A stretch of 33,954 nt of DNA from Fidelibacterota bacterium (GCA_027251445.1 JAPNQO010000082.1:1-33954); one strand, 5' to 3'; shown: positions 19,446-28,154, counted from the first letter of the stretch. The notes: generated by a model not told the origin, from the letters alone. Numbers and translations are program-made.

Positions 19446-19643
19446 TTAAGTTTTATTACTTGTATTTAATTGAGCCCTGATTCCTAAAGCCCCAAAGGTA
19501 GGTGCCCATAATCCGATAAAAATACCTACTTCTCTTGCTTGTTGATGTGTTTCGTATCCAAATACTTTAGTTCCGAAAACGAAAGCAAGTACTGCAATAA
19601 ATATTGATATTATCATTGATAAGTACCAGCTATTTGCGTTCAT
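19446..19643 (-). CDS. 65-aa two-TM membrane protein
   Basis: Two hydrophobic segments, GIFIGLWAPTF motif, AAAGGA SD, 18 bp upstream of the rhodopsin. Confidence 0.85.
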   Translation of the reverse strand: MNANSWYLSMIISIFIAVLAFVFGTKVFGYETHQQAREVGIFIGLWAPTFGALGIRAQLNTSNKT

Positions 19644-19674
19644 AGTCTTTGTCCTTTCATGTTAAAATTATTAA

Positions 19675-19788
19675 TTAAATCAATATTAATATTAATGTCA
19701 CAATTGCAAAAAATAGACCAGCGTAGATTCCAACAGGTTTATCAAGCATAGATATTATTTTATCTGAAATATTATTCATCCAATTCAT
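19675..19788 (-). CDS. 37-aa single-TM microprotein (not in the ORF track)
   Basis: MNWMNNISDKIISMLDKPVGIYAGLFFAIVTLILILI*; its start overlaps the upstream stop as TAATG. Confidence 0.7.
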   Translation of the reverse strand: MNWMNNISDKIISMLDKPVGIYAGLFFAIVTLILILI

Positions 19789-19907
19789 TACATCATTATT
19801 TTCATAAAAAAGGCTATTATTACAAGTAGAATAATTAGTTTTGTATCAAGAATTAGATAAATGGTTTTATCTATTAATCTTTCAAGAGGTTTCTTTTTCA
19901 ATTGCAT
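19788..19907 (-). CDS. 39-aa single-TM microprotein (not in the ORF track)
   Basis: MQLKKKPLERLIDKTIYLILDTKLIILLVIIAFFMKIMM*; overlaps the end of the upstream gene; an alternative TTG start two codons later follows AAGGA. Confidence 0.6.
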   Translation of the reverse strand: MQLKKKPLERLIDKTIYLILDTKLIILLVIIAFFMKIMM

Positions 19908-20097
19908 CCTTTATTTTCCACATAGCTGCAAGACCAACAAAGATCAAGCACATTCCTCCAAAAAGACCTAAAAATTGATCAATATATTTTTGTGTAAAAT
20001 TTTGAAATAATGTGAAGAATAACCCACATAAAAACAACGACACAAAAACACTGCTTCCAATTCGTTCTAAAAGAGATTTTTCTATTTTTTCGATCAT
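19882..20097 (-). CDS. 71-aa two-TM membrane protein
   Basis: Two hydrophobic segments; GAGG SD; in operon. Confidence 0.8.
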   Translation of the reverse strand: MIEKIEKSLLERIGSSVFVSLFLCGLFFTLFQNFTQKYIDQFLGLFGGMCLIFVGLAAMWKIKDAIEKETS

Positions 20098-20114
20098 TTC
20101 AATATCCTCTATAT

Positions 20115-20687
20115 TTATTCTATTATATCAGCAATTATTTCATCACTCATTGGGTTGACTCCGCTTCTGTAATATTTCTGGAGATTTCCTTTTTCATCAA
20201 TCAAGTATTTGCAAAAATTCCAAGAGGGCTTAGATGAATTCCATCCATTTGCTGATTTATCAGTTAACCATTTATAAACAGGATGCATATCTTGTCCTTT
20301 AATATTTATTTTTTCAGTAATCGAAAAAGTAACTCCATAATTAATTCTACAAAAATTAGCTATTTCTGATGAGGAACCTGGCTCTTGAGATCCAAAATCA
20401 TTACAAGGGAAACCCAATATTTCTACTTTATCACCATGAGTTTCATAGAGATCTTGTAGTTCATTGTATTGATTTGTATAGCCACAATTTGATGCAACAT
20501 TAACAATTAATAGTTTTTTACCTTTGTATTTATCTAAGCTTATTTCTTCATTATTTAATAATGTAACCTTGTGATCATAAAATGAAGTAATTGGTTCTAT
20601 TTTTTGTTCTGGGTCAACACTAGAGTTATTAAAAGCCCAGAGAAATACAACAAATAATGGTATAGTTAGTATCAATTTAATAAACAT
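20115..20687 (-). CDS. glutathione peroxidase family protein (Cys type) with N-terminal signal/anchor
   Basis: LIVNVASNCGYT, LGFPCNDFGSQEPG, WNFCKYLID. Confidence 0.95.
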   Translation of the reverse strand: MFIKLILTIPLFVVFLWAFNNSSVDPEQKIEPITSFYDHKVTLLNNEEISLDKYKGKKLLIVNVASNCGYTNQYNELQDLYETHGDKVEILGFPCNDFGSQEPGSSSEIANFCRINYGVTFSITEKINIKGQDMHPVYKWLTDKSANGWNSSKPSWNFCKYLIDEKGNLQKYYRSGVNPMSDEIIADIIE

Positions 20688-20697
20688 AATTTTTCCT

Positions 20698-21414
20698 TTA
20701 TTTTATTTTGGATATTCCACCATCAATGGGAAAGACATTTCCTGTTATCCAATTATTTTCTTTATCTATTAGTAACTCAATCATTTTAATTAGATCTTGT
20801 GGCGTTCCTATTCTTCCAAGGGGATGCATTTTTTCACTAGCTTTTAACGCCAATGGACTTGAAGTAATACCTGCGGCCAAAGGCGTATCAATTAAACTAG
20901 GCGCAATAACATTAAAACGAAGATTCTTTTTCGCATATGTTGCGGCGGCAGATCGGGCTAAACCCTCAACTCCAGCTTTAGCGGCTGCAATTGCCTCGTG
21001 ATTTTTTAATCCTATAGAAGCTGCAGCGCTAGAAATAAGTACTACCGATGCGTTTTCTAAAAGTAGACCAGTTGATCGTACAACACTAAAAGACGTCTTT
21101 AAATTTTGATTGATAGTAAACTCATATTCTTCATTTGATGTTCTGTGAGCAGGCTTTAAAAGAATGCTCCCAGCAAGATTTATTACTCCATCAATATCCC
21201 CTAAATTTTCTATTCCATAATTAATTAGATCATCGACAGATCCAAAATCGGTGGCCTCAACTGACGAAATATGGGTTAAGGATTGCACAAGTGGTTCTTC
21301 GTTTATCGGGTTATTGTGTTGTGCAATGAGGACTGAATGGCCTTTACCCTGAAGGTATTCCGTCAGTTGTGAACCAATACCTCCGCTTGCACCTATTATA
21401 ATGTAATTAGACAT
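20698..21414 (-). CDS. SDR family oxidoreductase, photolyase-associated type
   Basis: GASGGIG, NLAGSILLKP, HEAIAAAK, NVIAPSLIDTPLA, HPLGRIG, IDGG. Confidence 0.9.
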   Translation of the reverse strand: MSNYIIIGASGGIGSQLTEYLQGKGHSVLIAQHNNPINEEPLVQSLTHISSVEATDFGSVDDLINYGIENLGDIDGVINLAGSILLKPAHRTSNEEYEFTINQNLKTSFSVVRSTGLLLENASVVLISSAAASIGLKNHEAIAAAKAGVEGLARSAAATYAKKNLRFNVIAPSLIDTPLAAGITSSPLALKASEKMHPLGRIGTPQDLIKMIELLIDKENNWITGNVFPIDGGISKIK

Positions 21415-21604
21415 TTTTAGGTTCCTTTACAAGCGTATGAAATATTTTACCATCATCAAAAGATGCTCCTGAAACAGGAGTCCAGCCCTTGTTAATCATG
21501 TTTCCAGCAACTTCTATTGAATGTTCAATAAATTCTATGGGGGTAGATATTATACAGTATTTTTCTTTGAGATATATTTTTGATTTTTTATCAGTGTAGT
21601 TCAT
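21407..21604 (-). CDS. small DUF1737-like protein
   Basis: MINKGWTPVSGASF..FHTLVK pattern; AGGAG SD. Confidence 0.6.
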   Translation of the reverse strand: MNYTDKKSKIYLKEKYCIISTPIEFIEHSIEVAGNMINKGWTPVSGASFDDGKIFHTLVKEPKNV

Positions 21605-21623
21605 TATTTCTCCTGTATCTGAT

Positions 21624-21926
21624 TTAATTTTTTTCCACTAGTTCTATTACATTTCCAAAATTGTCTTCTTTATAAATGTAACTTATTCCGTCTCGATGAG
21701 TCGAAGGTTTGCCATGTTCAAATATATTATTAACTCTGAATGCAATATGCGGAGGGTGTTCATTTGGACTTACTAATGCTACATTAATATTTTGAAATTT
21801 TAATAATGCCCATGTGTCATCCTCAAAGACAATATCACATTCAAAATTATTTGAATACCAGTTAACCGTTGATTTAATATCTCTTGTTTGTAGCGCTATA
21901 TGATCTACTGGAGAAAGTTTTTTCAT
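21624..21926 (-). CDS. VOC/glyoxalase family protein
   Basis: VDHIALQ, HPPHIAF, HRDG..Y.EDNFGNVIEL. Confidence 0.9.
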   Translation of the reverse strand: MKKLSPVDHIALQTRDIKSTVNWYSNNFECDIVFEDDTWALLKFQNINVALVSPNEHPPHIAFRVNNIFEHGKPSTHRDGISYIYKEDNFGNVIELVEKN

Positions 21927-21942
21927 AATCTATTATCCCCCT

Positions 21943-22203
21943 CTAGTATTCAGTTTCTGATATAGCTTTTTCTGAGCACTCTGGGCATATTACACTTTTC
22001 TTACCATATCTAGGAATTTCGTGATAGTACTCGATCAATATTTTATTTCTCCAATGAACTTTTTCCCAAACAACACTACATGATGGGCATACTGTTAAGT
22101 ATTTATCAGTTATTTTACCTTCTTTTGAATTATAAGAGGATTTGCTGATTACTTTGTTGTTTTCCCTATCTTTGCCAAGGGCTACTGCTTCTAAAATAGT
22201 CAT
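21943..22203 (-). CDS. 86-aa putative zinc-ribbon protein
   Basis: CPSC..CPEC pair; AAGGAG SD. Confidence 0.75.
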   Translation of the reverse strand: MTILEAVALGKDRENNKVISKSSYNSKEGKITDKYLTVCPSCSVVWEKVHWRNKILIEYYHEIPRYGKKSVICPECSEKAISETEY

Positions 22204-22221
22204 GATATTCTCCTTTATAAT

Positions 22222-22239
22222 ATGAGCGTTATGAGCGAT
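22222..22239. promoter_or_regulatory. direct-repeat operator candidate, copy 3
   Basis: ATGAGCGTTATGAGCGAT, identical to copy 1; overlaps the predicted -10/+1 of the rhodopsin operon. Confidence 0.75.
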
Positions 22240-22266
22240 ATTAAGAAGAATATGTATAAATTACAA
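22238..22266 (-). promoter_or_regulatory. putative sigma70 promoter of the rhodopsin operon
   Basis: TTGTAA-N17-TAATAT on the minus strand. Confidence 0.5.
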
Positions 22267-22291
22267 AATAAATTTTCTATTATTTTTTAAA

Positions 22292-23119
22292 TCATTTATC
22301 TAGCAACCCATTTTGATAATCAGAAAATGCTTGTAATACTTCTTGTTTTGTATTCATTACAAATGGTCCACCACGCGCAACTGGTTCATTAATCGGCTGA
22401 CCACCTACTAAAATAAGTTTTGCACTATTATTAGGTGTAGATATTTCTAAATCACCTGTAGTGCTCAAAACAGCTAAGTTTTGTTTTGTAACCTGTTTAT
22501 CTAACATGATACTGCCCTCGTAAACATAAATGAATACGTTCCAATCATTTTTTAATGGAATATTAAATTTTGCATTATCATCTAACATAATATCATAATA
22601 AAACATTTCAGTATGGGGATTCCCTGGTCCTTTCACTTTATTATATGTTCCAGAAATAATTTTGATTGAACCTCTGGGAAAATCTACTTTTGGAATAATT
22701 TCTTGAGGTATATCATAATATGAAGGTTCAATCATTTTTAATTTCTTAGGCAAATTAAGCCATAATTGGAACCCTCTTAATAAACCATCTGTTTGCTCAG
22801 GCATTTCACTATGTATAACCCCTTTACCAGCTGTCATCCATTGTACAGATCCATCAGAAAGAATCCCTTCATTACCAAAAGAATCTTTATGCCTAAACTT
22901 TCCATTTAGCATATATGTTATGGTTTCAAATCCTCGATGTGGATGTGATGGAAATCCAGATATATAATCTTTTGGATTTTCGCTACCAAATTCATCCAAT
23001 AATAAAAAAGGATCCAACATATTTAATTCTGGGTTACCAATAATTCTTTTGAGGTTAACACCAGCGCCATCTGATGTATCTATTCCATGTATAATTTTAT
23101 CTATTATTCTTAGCGTCAT
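22292..23119 (-). CDS. pirin family protein
   Basis: LDPFLLLD, HPHRGFETITY, VQWMTAGKGVIHSE, GPFVMNT. Confidence 0.97.
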   Translation of the reverse strand: MTLRIIDKIIHGIDTSDGAGVNLKRIIGNPELNMLDPFLLLDEFGSENPKDYISGFPSHPHRGFETITYMLNGKFRHKDSFGNEGILSDGSVQWMTAGKGVIHSEMPEQTDGLLRGFQLWLNLPKKLKMIEPSYYDIPQEIIPKVDFPRGSIKIISGTYNKVKGPGNPHTEMFYYDIMLDDNAKFNIPLKNDWNVFIYVYEGSIMLDKQVTKQNLAVLSTTGDLEISTPNNSAKLILVGGQPINEPVARGGPFVMNTKQEVLQAFSDYQNGLLDK

Positions 23120-23682
23120 TTAATAGAAACCATAATCTCATTTCTACGAAAGGGAGGAATAACCCAAGGGGAGTTATATTGAGCTACGATAAATTTGCCA
23201 GAAATAACAAATCTGTTCTCTATTAATAGTTTTTCTAATTTTTTTTGGTTCTTAATTATTTTCTCTTCTGTAGCCCAGCCTCCAAAACGTAAAACAGCCA
23301 TTTTACCTAAATTTTCTTCTTTTATGATAACATTATCGTAATTGGGATTAGGCAAGTTTGATAACGAATGCTTTTTTGGCATTACGAATGCAACATCGTA
23401 AATACCTTCATTATTTACAGGGCTACTTGATATTACTGGAGCTGTCATTGCTATCTCCATATTTTCATCATTTCCACCAAATATATAATTAGCAATACGT
23501 CTGAATCCTGTAGATGTGGACTGTCTATAATTACTATTGATATTAGTTATAGCAATTATCATTGGTTCATAAACACGAATTTCAAATTGGCCTTTTTTTT
23601 CAAGTAATTGATATTCTGGTGTTTCTATTTCTGAAGCCATAATAAACCCCATTGTTAATAAAATTGTAAAAATTATCTTCAA
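23116..23682 (-). CDS. SOUL heme-binding protein
   Basis: ETPEY..FEIRVY, GFRRIANYIFGGN, IAMTAPV, FVMP, YNSPW..PFRRNEI. Confidence 0.95.
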   Translation of the reverse strand: MKIIFTILLTMGFIMASEIETPEYQLLEKKGQFEIRVYEPMIIAITNINSNYRQSTSTGFRRIANYIFGGNDENMEIAMTAPVISSSPVNNEGIYDVAFVMPKKHSLSNLPNPNYDNVIIKEENLGKMAVLRFGGWATEEKIIKNQKKLEKLLIENRFVISGKFIVAQYNSPWVIPPFRRNEIMVSIK

Positions 23683-23683
23683 A

Positions 23684-24658
23684 TTATTTTAAAGCCATTT
23701 TAATTAGCTCATTAATATTTCCAATAAATTCTGTAGCGCATAAATTAGAATAATCATCAAATATTTTTGAATTATTATGATACAATTTACAGTGTATCTT
23801 TCCATCAAGATATTCTGTTACCTTTTGTTTCATATCATTATCATCTGGTGCAAATAGTAATCCAGCTTTTTCCCCTTTCTCGATCTTTAATTCTAATAAT
23901 GTATTTTTACGTTGTAATTGCCATAAAATTTTTCTTCCATCATATTGTATATCTTTTATAGTTGTTTTTCTGTATGTCGTAAAACGATACAATTTATTGT
24001 TAAAATAAAAACCTACAATGAAACCAGCGAACTTTCTCCCCTTCCATGGAATTGTGGCTAATGAAGCAGAAATACTTGCTTGATTATTTTGAAAATGATT
24101 CGATTGTGCCCAAATCCAATTTTCTGGAAAATTTTTACCCCAATCTTTTTCTATATAACCACGACCTTCAGAAAAATCATATAATGATTCGTTTAACTTT
24201 ACGCTACCACTTAAAGAATGATCCATACTTAAAATTCCATGAAAACATTCCATTGTGGGAATATATGCATACCAACCCATACAACCTGGTTCAACAAAAG
24301 TTACCGGCCATGGTTTTATCCCATTTGATTTAACTTCTCCTTTTAAGTTAAAATTATTACTTCTTATATCTAGCTTTATTTCATTTAAAGAAAAATAATT
24401 TGGACCTAAGTGTAGATTATAGTCTGACTTACTGAAATTAAAGTCATTGGTATCGTACTTTTCAAAAAATACTTTTCCATTTTCTCCATCAAATACCATA
24501 ATAAATGCTGTTTTATAATCGGTTAGTCCGCTTTTGTATATCCCCGGTATGATTGCTAGGGATTTGTTACTTTTGGTTGTTAATTTATGATACCAACCTT
24601 CAAAGAATGGGCTTCCATATTTATTACCATGGTAAGCTTGAGGTTTTAACAATAACAT
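23684..24658 (-). CDS. tocopherol cyclase (VTE1)-like protein
   Basis: FFEGWYHK, GCMGWY..MECFHG, GYIEKDWGKNFP..WIWAQ. Confidence 0.85.
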   Translation of the reverse strand: MLLLKPQAYHGNKYGSPFFEGWYHKLTTKSNKSLAIIPGIYKSGLTDYKTAFIMVFDGENGKVFFEKYDTNDFNFSKSDYNLHLGPNYFSLNEIKLDIRSNNFNLKGEVKSNGIKPWPVTFVEPGCMGWYAYIPTMECFHGILSMDHSLSGSVKLNESLYDFSEGRGYIEKDWGKNFPENWIWAQSNHFQNNQASISASLATIPWKGRKFAGFIVGFYFNNKLYRFTTYRKTTIKDIQYDGRKILWQLQRKNTLLELKIEKGEKAGLLFAPDDNDMKQKVTEYLDGKIHCKLYHNNSKIFDDYSNLCATEFIGNINELIKMALK

Positions 24659-24693
24659 AGAATTAGTTTGGTTTTAAGCATTATTTATTAATT

Positions 24694-25365
24694 ATGACAA
24701 CTATTATTTTTTTCAAATTTAATAACAATTTATGGTGGGCCTTTAAACAAATGGGTTTGCATAAAAATTATTTTGAAAATATAGACGGATTAATCTTCTA
24801 TAAAATGTTGGGTACTGGAAGCAGTCCGGGGTTTAGTATGTATCCAGACTTTTCAACCTATGCGTTACTCCTAATATGGGATAATAAATTGAATGCTGAT
24901 AAATATTTTGAATCAAATATTTATTATAAACTTCTTCTATCAAAAGCTTATAACTATAGAAGAATATTACTATCAAGTTTCAAAAGCGTAGGACTATGGG
25001 ATGGAGTAAACCCTTTTGAACGATCAATTAATCATAGTATTGAAAATGAAACTAAAATTGGAGTCCTCACTCGGGCCACTATTCATTTTGCAAAACTAAC
25101 TCATTTTTGGAAATCCGTAAAATCTGCAAGTGATGCTATATCATCAGCAAATGGAGTTAGCTTTTTCAAAGGGATAGGGGAATTGCCATTTATCCAGCAA
25201 GCTACTTTCAGTATTTGGGATTCTGAAAATGACATAAACAATTTTGCTTATAAAAATATCAATCATAAAAATATTATAGATAAAACTAGATCTCAAAAAT
25301 GGTATAAAGAGGATCTTTTCGTACGATTCCATCTACTAAGTGATTCAGGGTATATAAAATCTTAA
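24694..25365 (+). CDS. crtA: CrtA-like carotenoid monooxygenase / 2'-hydroxylase
   Basis: FYKMLGTGS..GF..PD, LTRATI..FW, KGIGELPFIQQATFSIW, FAY...H, W..EDLFVRF. Confidence 0.85.
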   Translation: MTTIIFFKFNNNLWWAFKQMGLHKNYFENIDGLIFYKMLGTGSSPGFSMYPDFSTYALLLIWDNKLNADKYFESNIYYKLLLSKAYNYRRILLSSFKSVGLWDGVNPFERSINHSIENETKIGVLTRATIHFAKLTHFWKSVKSASDAISSANGVSFFKGIGELPFIQQATFSIWDSENDINNFAYKNINHKNIIDKTRSQKWYKEDLFVRFHLLSDSGYIKS

Positions 25366-26841
25366 ATGAATAATGTTATCATTATAGGCTCAGGGATTGC
25401 TGGACTAGCAACAGCTGCTAGATTAGTTGCAAAAGGATATAATGTATCTATTTTTGAATCTGCATCGCAAACTGGTGGAAAAATTCATTCTTTTGATTTA
25501 GACGGTTATAGATTTGATGCGGGCCCTTCATTATTTACCATGCCAAAACTCGTTGATGAAATATTTAATATTTTAGGAGAAAATCCTCGCAATTATTTTA
25601 ACTATAACAAAAAAAAGATTCACTGTGAATATTTTTGGAATGACGGTAAAACACTTACAGCATTCGATAATAAGAAAAAATTTTTATCAGAGGTGGAAAA
25701 TAAATTTGGTGTAAGTAACACAATTATGAATAAATACCTGGATCGTTCCAAAAAGAAATATGAAATCACTGAACCAATTTTTCTTCAAAAGTCTCTTCAT
25801 AAGTTTTCAACGTATATATCAAAGGATACATTGAAAGCATTAATATCATTAAGAGTTTTTGATATTAATAAAAGCTTAAATAAAACTAATGAGCATTTCA
25901 TAAAGGAACCTCATCTCGTACAACTTTATAATAGATATGCAACATATAATGGATCTAACCCTTATGAGACTTCAGGAATTATGACATTAATCCAACATCT
26001 TGAATCACATTATGGTACATGGATACCAAGCGGGGGAATGGTTCAAATAAGCAGATCAATTACTTCATTATTAAAGAGAAAGGGAGTAAAAATATATCTG
26101 AACTCACATGTGGATAAAATAATTGTTAAAAGAAATAAAGCTACAGGTATTCTTTCAAATGGTAAGGAGCATACATCGGATTATATTATTTCTAATATGG
26201 ATATATTTTTTACATATGAAAAATTATTAAAGAACTTTAAAATACCTAAGAGAGTAAGTAAGGCTGAACGTTCCAGTTCAGCAGTGATATTTTATTGGGG
26301 AATAAATAAAACTTTTGAGCAGCTTGATCTTCATAATATCCTATTTTCAGAAAATTATAAAAATGAATTTGAATGCATTTTTAATAAAGGAGAGTTATCA
26401 GATGATCCCACTATTTATATTAATATTACATCAAAAGATGTTCCGTCTGATGCTCCCGATGGTAGTGAAAATTGGTTTGTTATGATTAATGCACCATATG
26501 ATTCTAAACAGAATTGGGATGAAATAACTTCACAGTTGAAAAAAAATGTGATTAAAAAAATTAATAGAATACTTAAAGTTGATATTGAAAAATATATTCA
26601 AGTAGAAAAAGTATATTCACCTCAAACTATTGAAAAAATTACACATTCATACTTAGGATCACTTTATGGGACATCTAGTAATTCAAAACTGTCTGCCTTT
26701 TTTCGTCATCCAAACTTTACTAATAAAATCGGCAATCTATTTTTTTGCGGCGGTAGTGTCCATCCTGGTGGAGGAATTCCTCTTTGTCTAATGTCAGCAA
26801 AAATTGTTTCTAATCAATTCAAAGATGTTTCTAATGTTTAG
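25366..26841 (+). CDS. crtD: 1-hydroxycarotenoid 3,4-desaturase
   Basis: GSGIAG FAD motif, RFDAGPSLFTMP, RYATYNGSNPY, GGSVHPGGGIPLC; lies between crtA and cruF. Confidence 0.85.
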   Translation: MNNVIIIGSGIAGLATAARLVAKGYNVSIFESASQTGGKIHSFDLDGYRFDAGPSLFTMPKLVDEIFNILGENPRNYFNYNKKKIHCEYFWNDGKTLTAFDNKKKFLSEVENKFGVSNTIMNKYLDRSKKKYEITEPIFLQKSLHKFSTYISKDTLKALISLRVFDINKSLNKTNEHFIKEPHLVQLYNRYATYNGSNPYETSGIMTLIQHLESHYGTWIPSGGMVQISRSITSLLKRKGVKIYLNSHVDKIIVKRNKATGILSNGKEHTSDYIISNMDIFFTYEKLLKNFKIPKRVSKAERSSSAVIFYWGINKTFEQLDLHNILFSENYKNEFECIFNKGELSDDPTIYINITSKDVPSDAPDGSENWFVMINAPYDSKQNWDEITSQLKKNVIKKINRILKVDIEKYIQVEKVYSPQTIEKITHSYLGSLYGTSSNSKLSAFFRHPNFTNKIGNLFFCGGSVHPGGGIPLCLMSAKIVSNQFKDVSNV

Positions 26842-27463
26842 AATAAAAAATCTCCCAGTTTATTCATCATTAATTATTTGGACGTTTCAAATATTTGGAG
26901 CAGTTGGAATATTATTTTGGAATAGTCAATGGTTTATTAAAATGACTCCCATGTGCTTAATATTGTATTTTTTGCTTTTAAATATAAACAATAAGAAGCA
27001 CAGTATATTTTTCTTGTTTATGACATTTTTTTGGGGTTTTCTATCAGAAATTGTTGGTGTTCATACTGGGTTAATTTATGGTTCATATAGTTATGGAAAC
27101 TCGTTAGGAATTAAAATATTAAATGTTCCTTTGATTATAGGTGTTAATTGGATTATAACTACTGCGATCTGCGGTACTATTGCTAGTAAATTGAGAGTAC
27201 GATCACACTTTAAAATATTAATAGCAATTTTATTGATGATATTTCTTGATTTGTTTATAGAGCCTGTTGCTCCAAAAATTGATATGTGGAGTTTTTCCGA
27301 TTATGAATCAGCTCCATTATCAAATTATATCACTTGGGCTATAGTATCTTTACCACTTCAGTTTTATTTCATTATTAAAAAATTGGAATTCAACTTTACG
27401 TTAGCTGTTAACTTATATATTTCTCAATTATTCTTTTTTATGGTATTGTGTTTTACTCTGTAA
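26834..27463 (+). CDS. cruF: CruF-type carotenoid 1,2-hydratase (DUF422)
   Basis: EIVGVHTGLIYGSYSY, VPLIIGVNW, DLFIEPVA, PLSNYITW; ATG 26834 overlaps the crtD end. Confidence 0.85.
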   Translation: MFRIKNLPVYSSLIIWTFQIFGAVGILFWNSQWFIKMTPMCLILYFLLLNINNKKHSIFFLFMTFFWGFLSEIVGVHTGLIYGSYSYGNSLGIKILNVPLIIGVNWIITTAICGTIASKLRVRSHFKILIAILLMIFLDLFIEPVAPKIDMWSFSDYESAPLSNYITWAIVSLPLQFYFIIKKLEFNFTLAVNLYISQLFFFMVLCFTL

Positions 27464-27464
27464 G

Positions 27465-28154
27465 CTATTTTTCTATTGATCTGAGTTCTTGATTTATATA
27501 CAGTGGTAAAAACAATAATGAGAAGCCATAAAATATATCTTCAAATGGTATAGTACCAATTCGAATACCAAGATTATAATTATCATTATACCAAACAATT
27601 TCTTCCAGAATAAAAGATCCTGTAAGAAGACCATTAATTATAAAGAACGGGATCAAAATGAAAATATATGATACAATGAATGAGCTTAATAATTGAGGTG
27701 TTCTACGATTTGCTAATGTAATAGAAAGTGCAGCAAGCATGAATGAAGATAGTGTGTAAAAATTATTAAGATTAAAGAGACTGATCATCACCAAAAATAA
27801 GATCAAGATATATGAGATAAATTTCGTTAAAACTTTCGATAGCTTTAACTGTGGAGTTAATGATTCTTTACAATAATGAATGAATAATGAACTATAGGGT
27901 ATACAAATAAAAAAGAGCCATTCTTCTATAGGAAGCGCTAAAAACTCTATCCCTATCAAATAACTTTTATTAAAACCCCATATTCCCCATTTAGTAAAAA
28001 ATATATCCCAAAGTATAAAAAAACATATTGTAATAAGTAGCCCAGGGGCTATGGAAAAAAATCTGTTAATATATTTTACTCTGCCCTCGAAGGAAAGGGC
28101 TAAAGGAATTGAAATAGCTGAAAGATTAATGATTAAATAAAGATAATTATCCAT
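27465..28154 (-). CDS. crtY: membrane lycopene cyclase (fused CrtYc/Yd type)
   Basis: Two repeats: WD..GIWGFN..LPIEEWLFF and NGLLTG..VWYN..RIGTIPFED. Confidence 0.9.
   Translation of the reverse strand: MDNYLYLIINLSAISIPLALSFEGRVKYINRFFSIAPGLLITICFFILWDIFFTKWGIWGFNKSYLIGIEFLALPIEEWLFFICIPYSSLFIHYCKESLTPQLKLSKVLTKFISYILILFLVMISLFNLNNFYTLSSFMLAALSITLANRRTPQLLSSFIVSYIFILIPFFIINGLLTGSFILEEIVWYNDNYNLGIRIGTIPFEDIFYGFSLLFLPLYINQELRSIEK

Noticed and set aside
19644..19881. Riboswitch or ncRNA upstream of the rhodopsin, including the 8-bp palindrome at 19854-19873
   Set aside because: No cobalamin-riboswitch-like conserved elements; the region is better explained by two coupled small ORFs, and the AT-rich stem is weak.
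20115..20687. Selenocysteine glutathione peroxidase
   Set aside because: The active-site codon is Cys (ASNCGYT) and there is no in-frame TGA.
14817..22239. ATGAGCG repeats as CRISPR, IS ends or att sites
   Set aside because: Only two 9-bp units per site, kilobases apart, each at a promoter; no spacers, cas, transposase or integrase genes.
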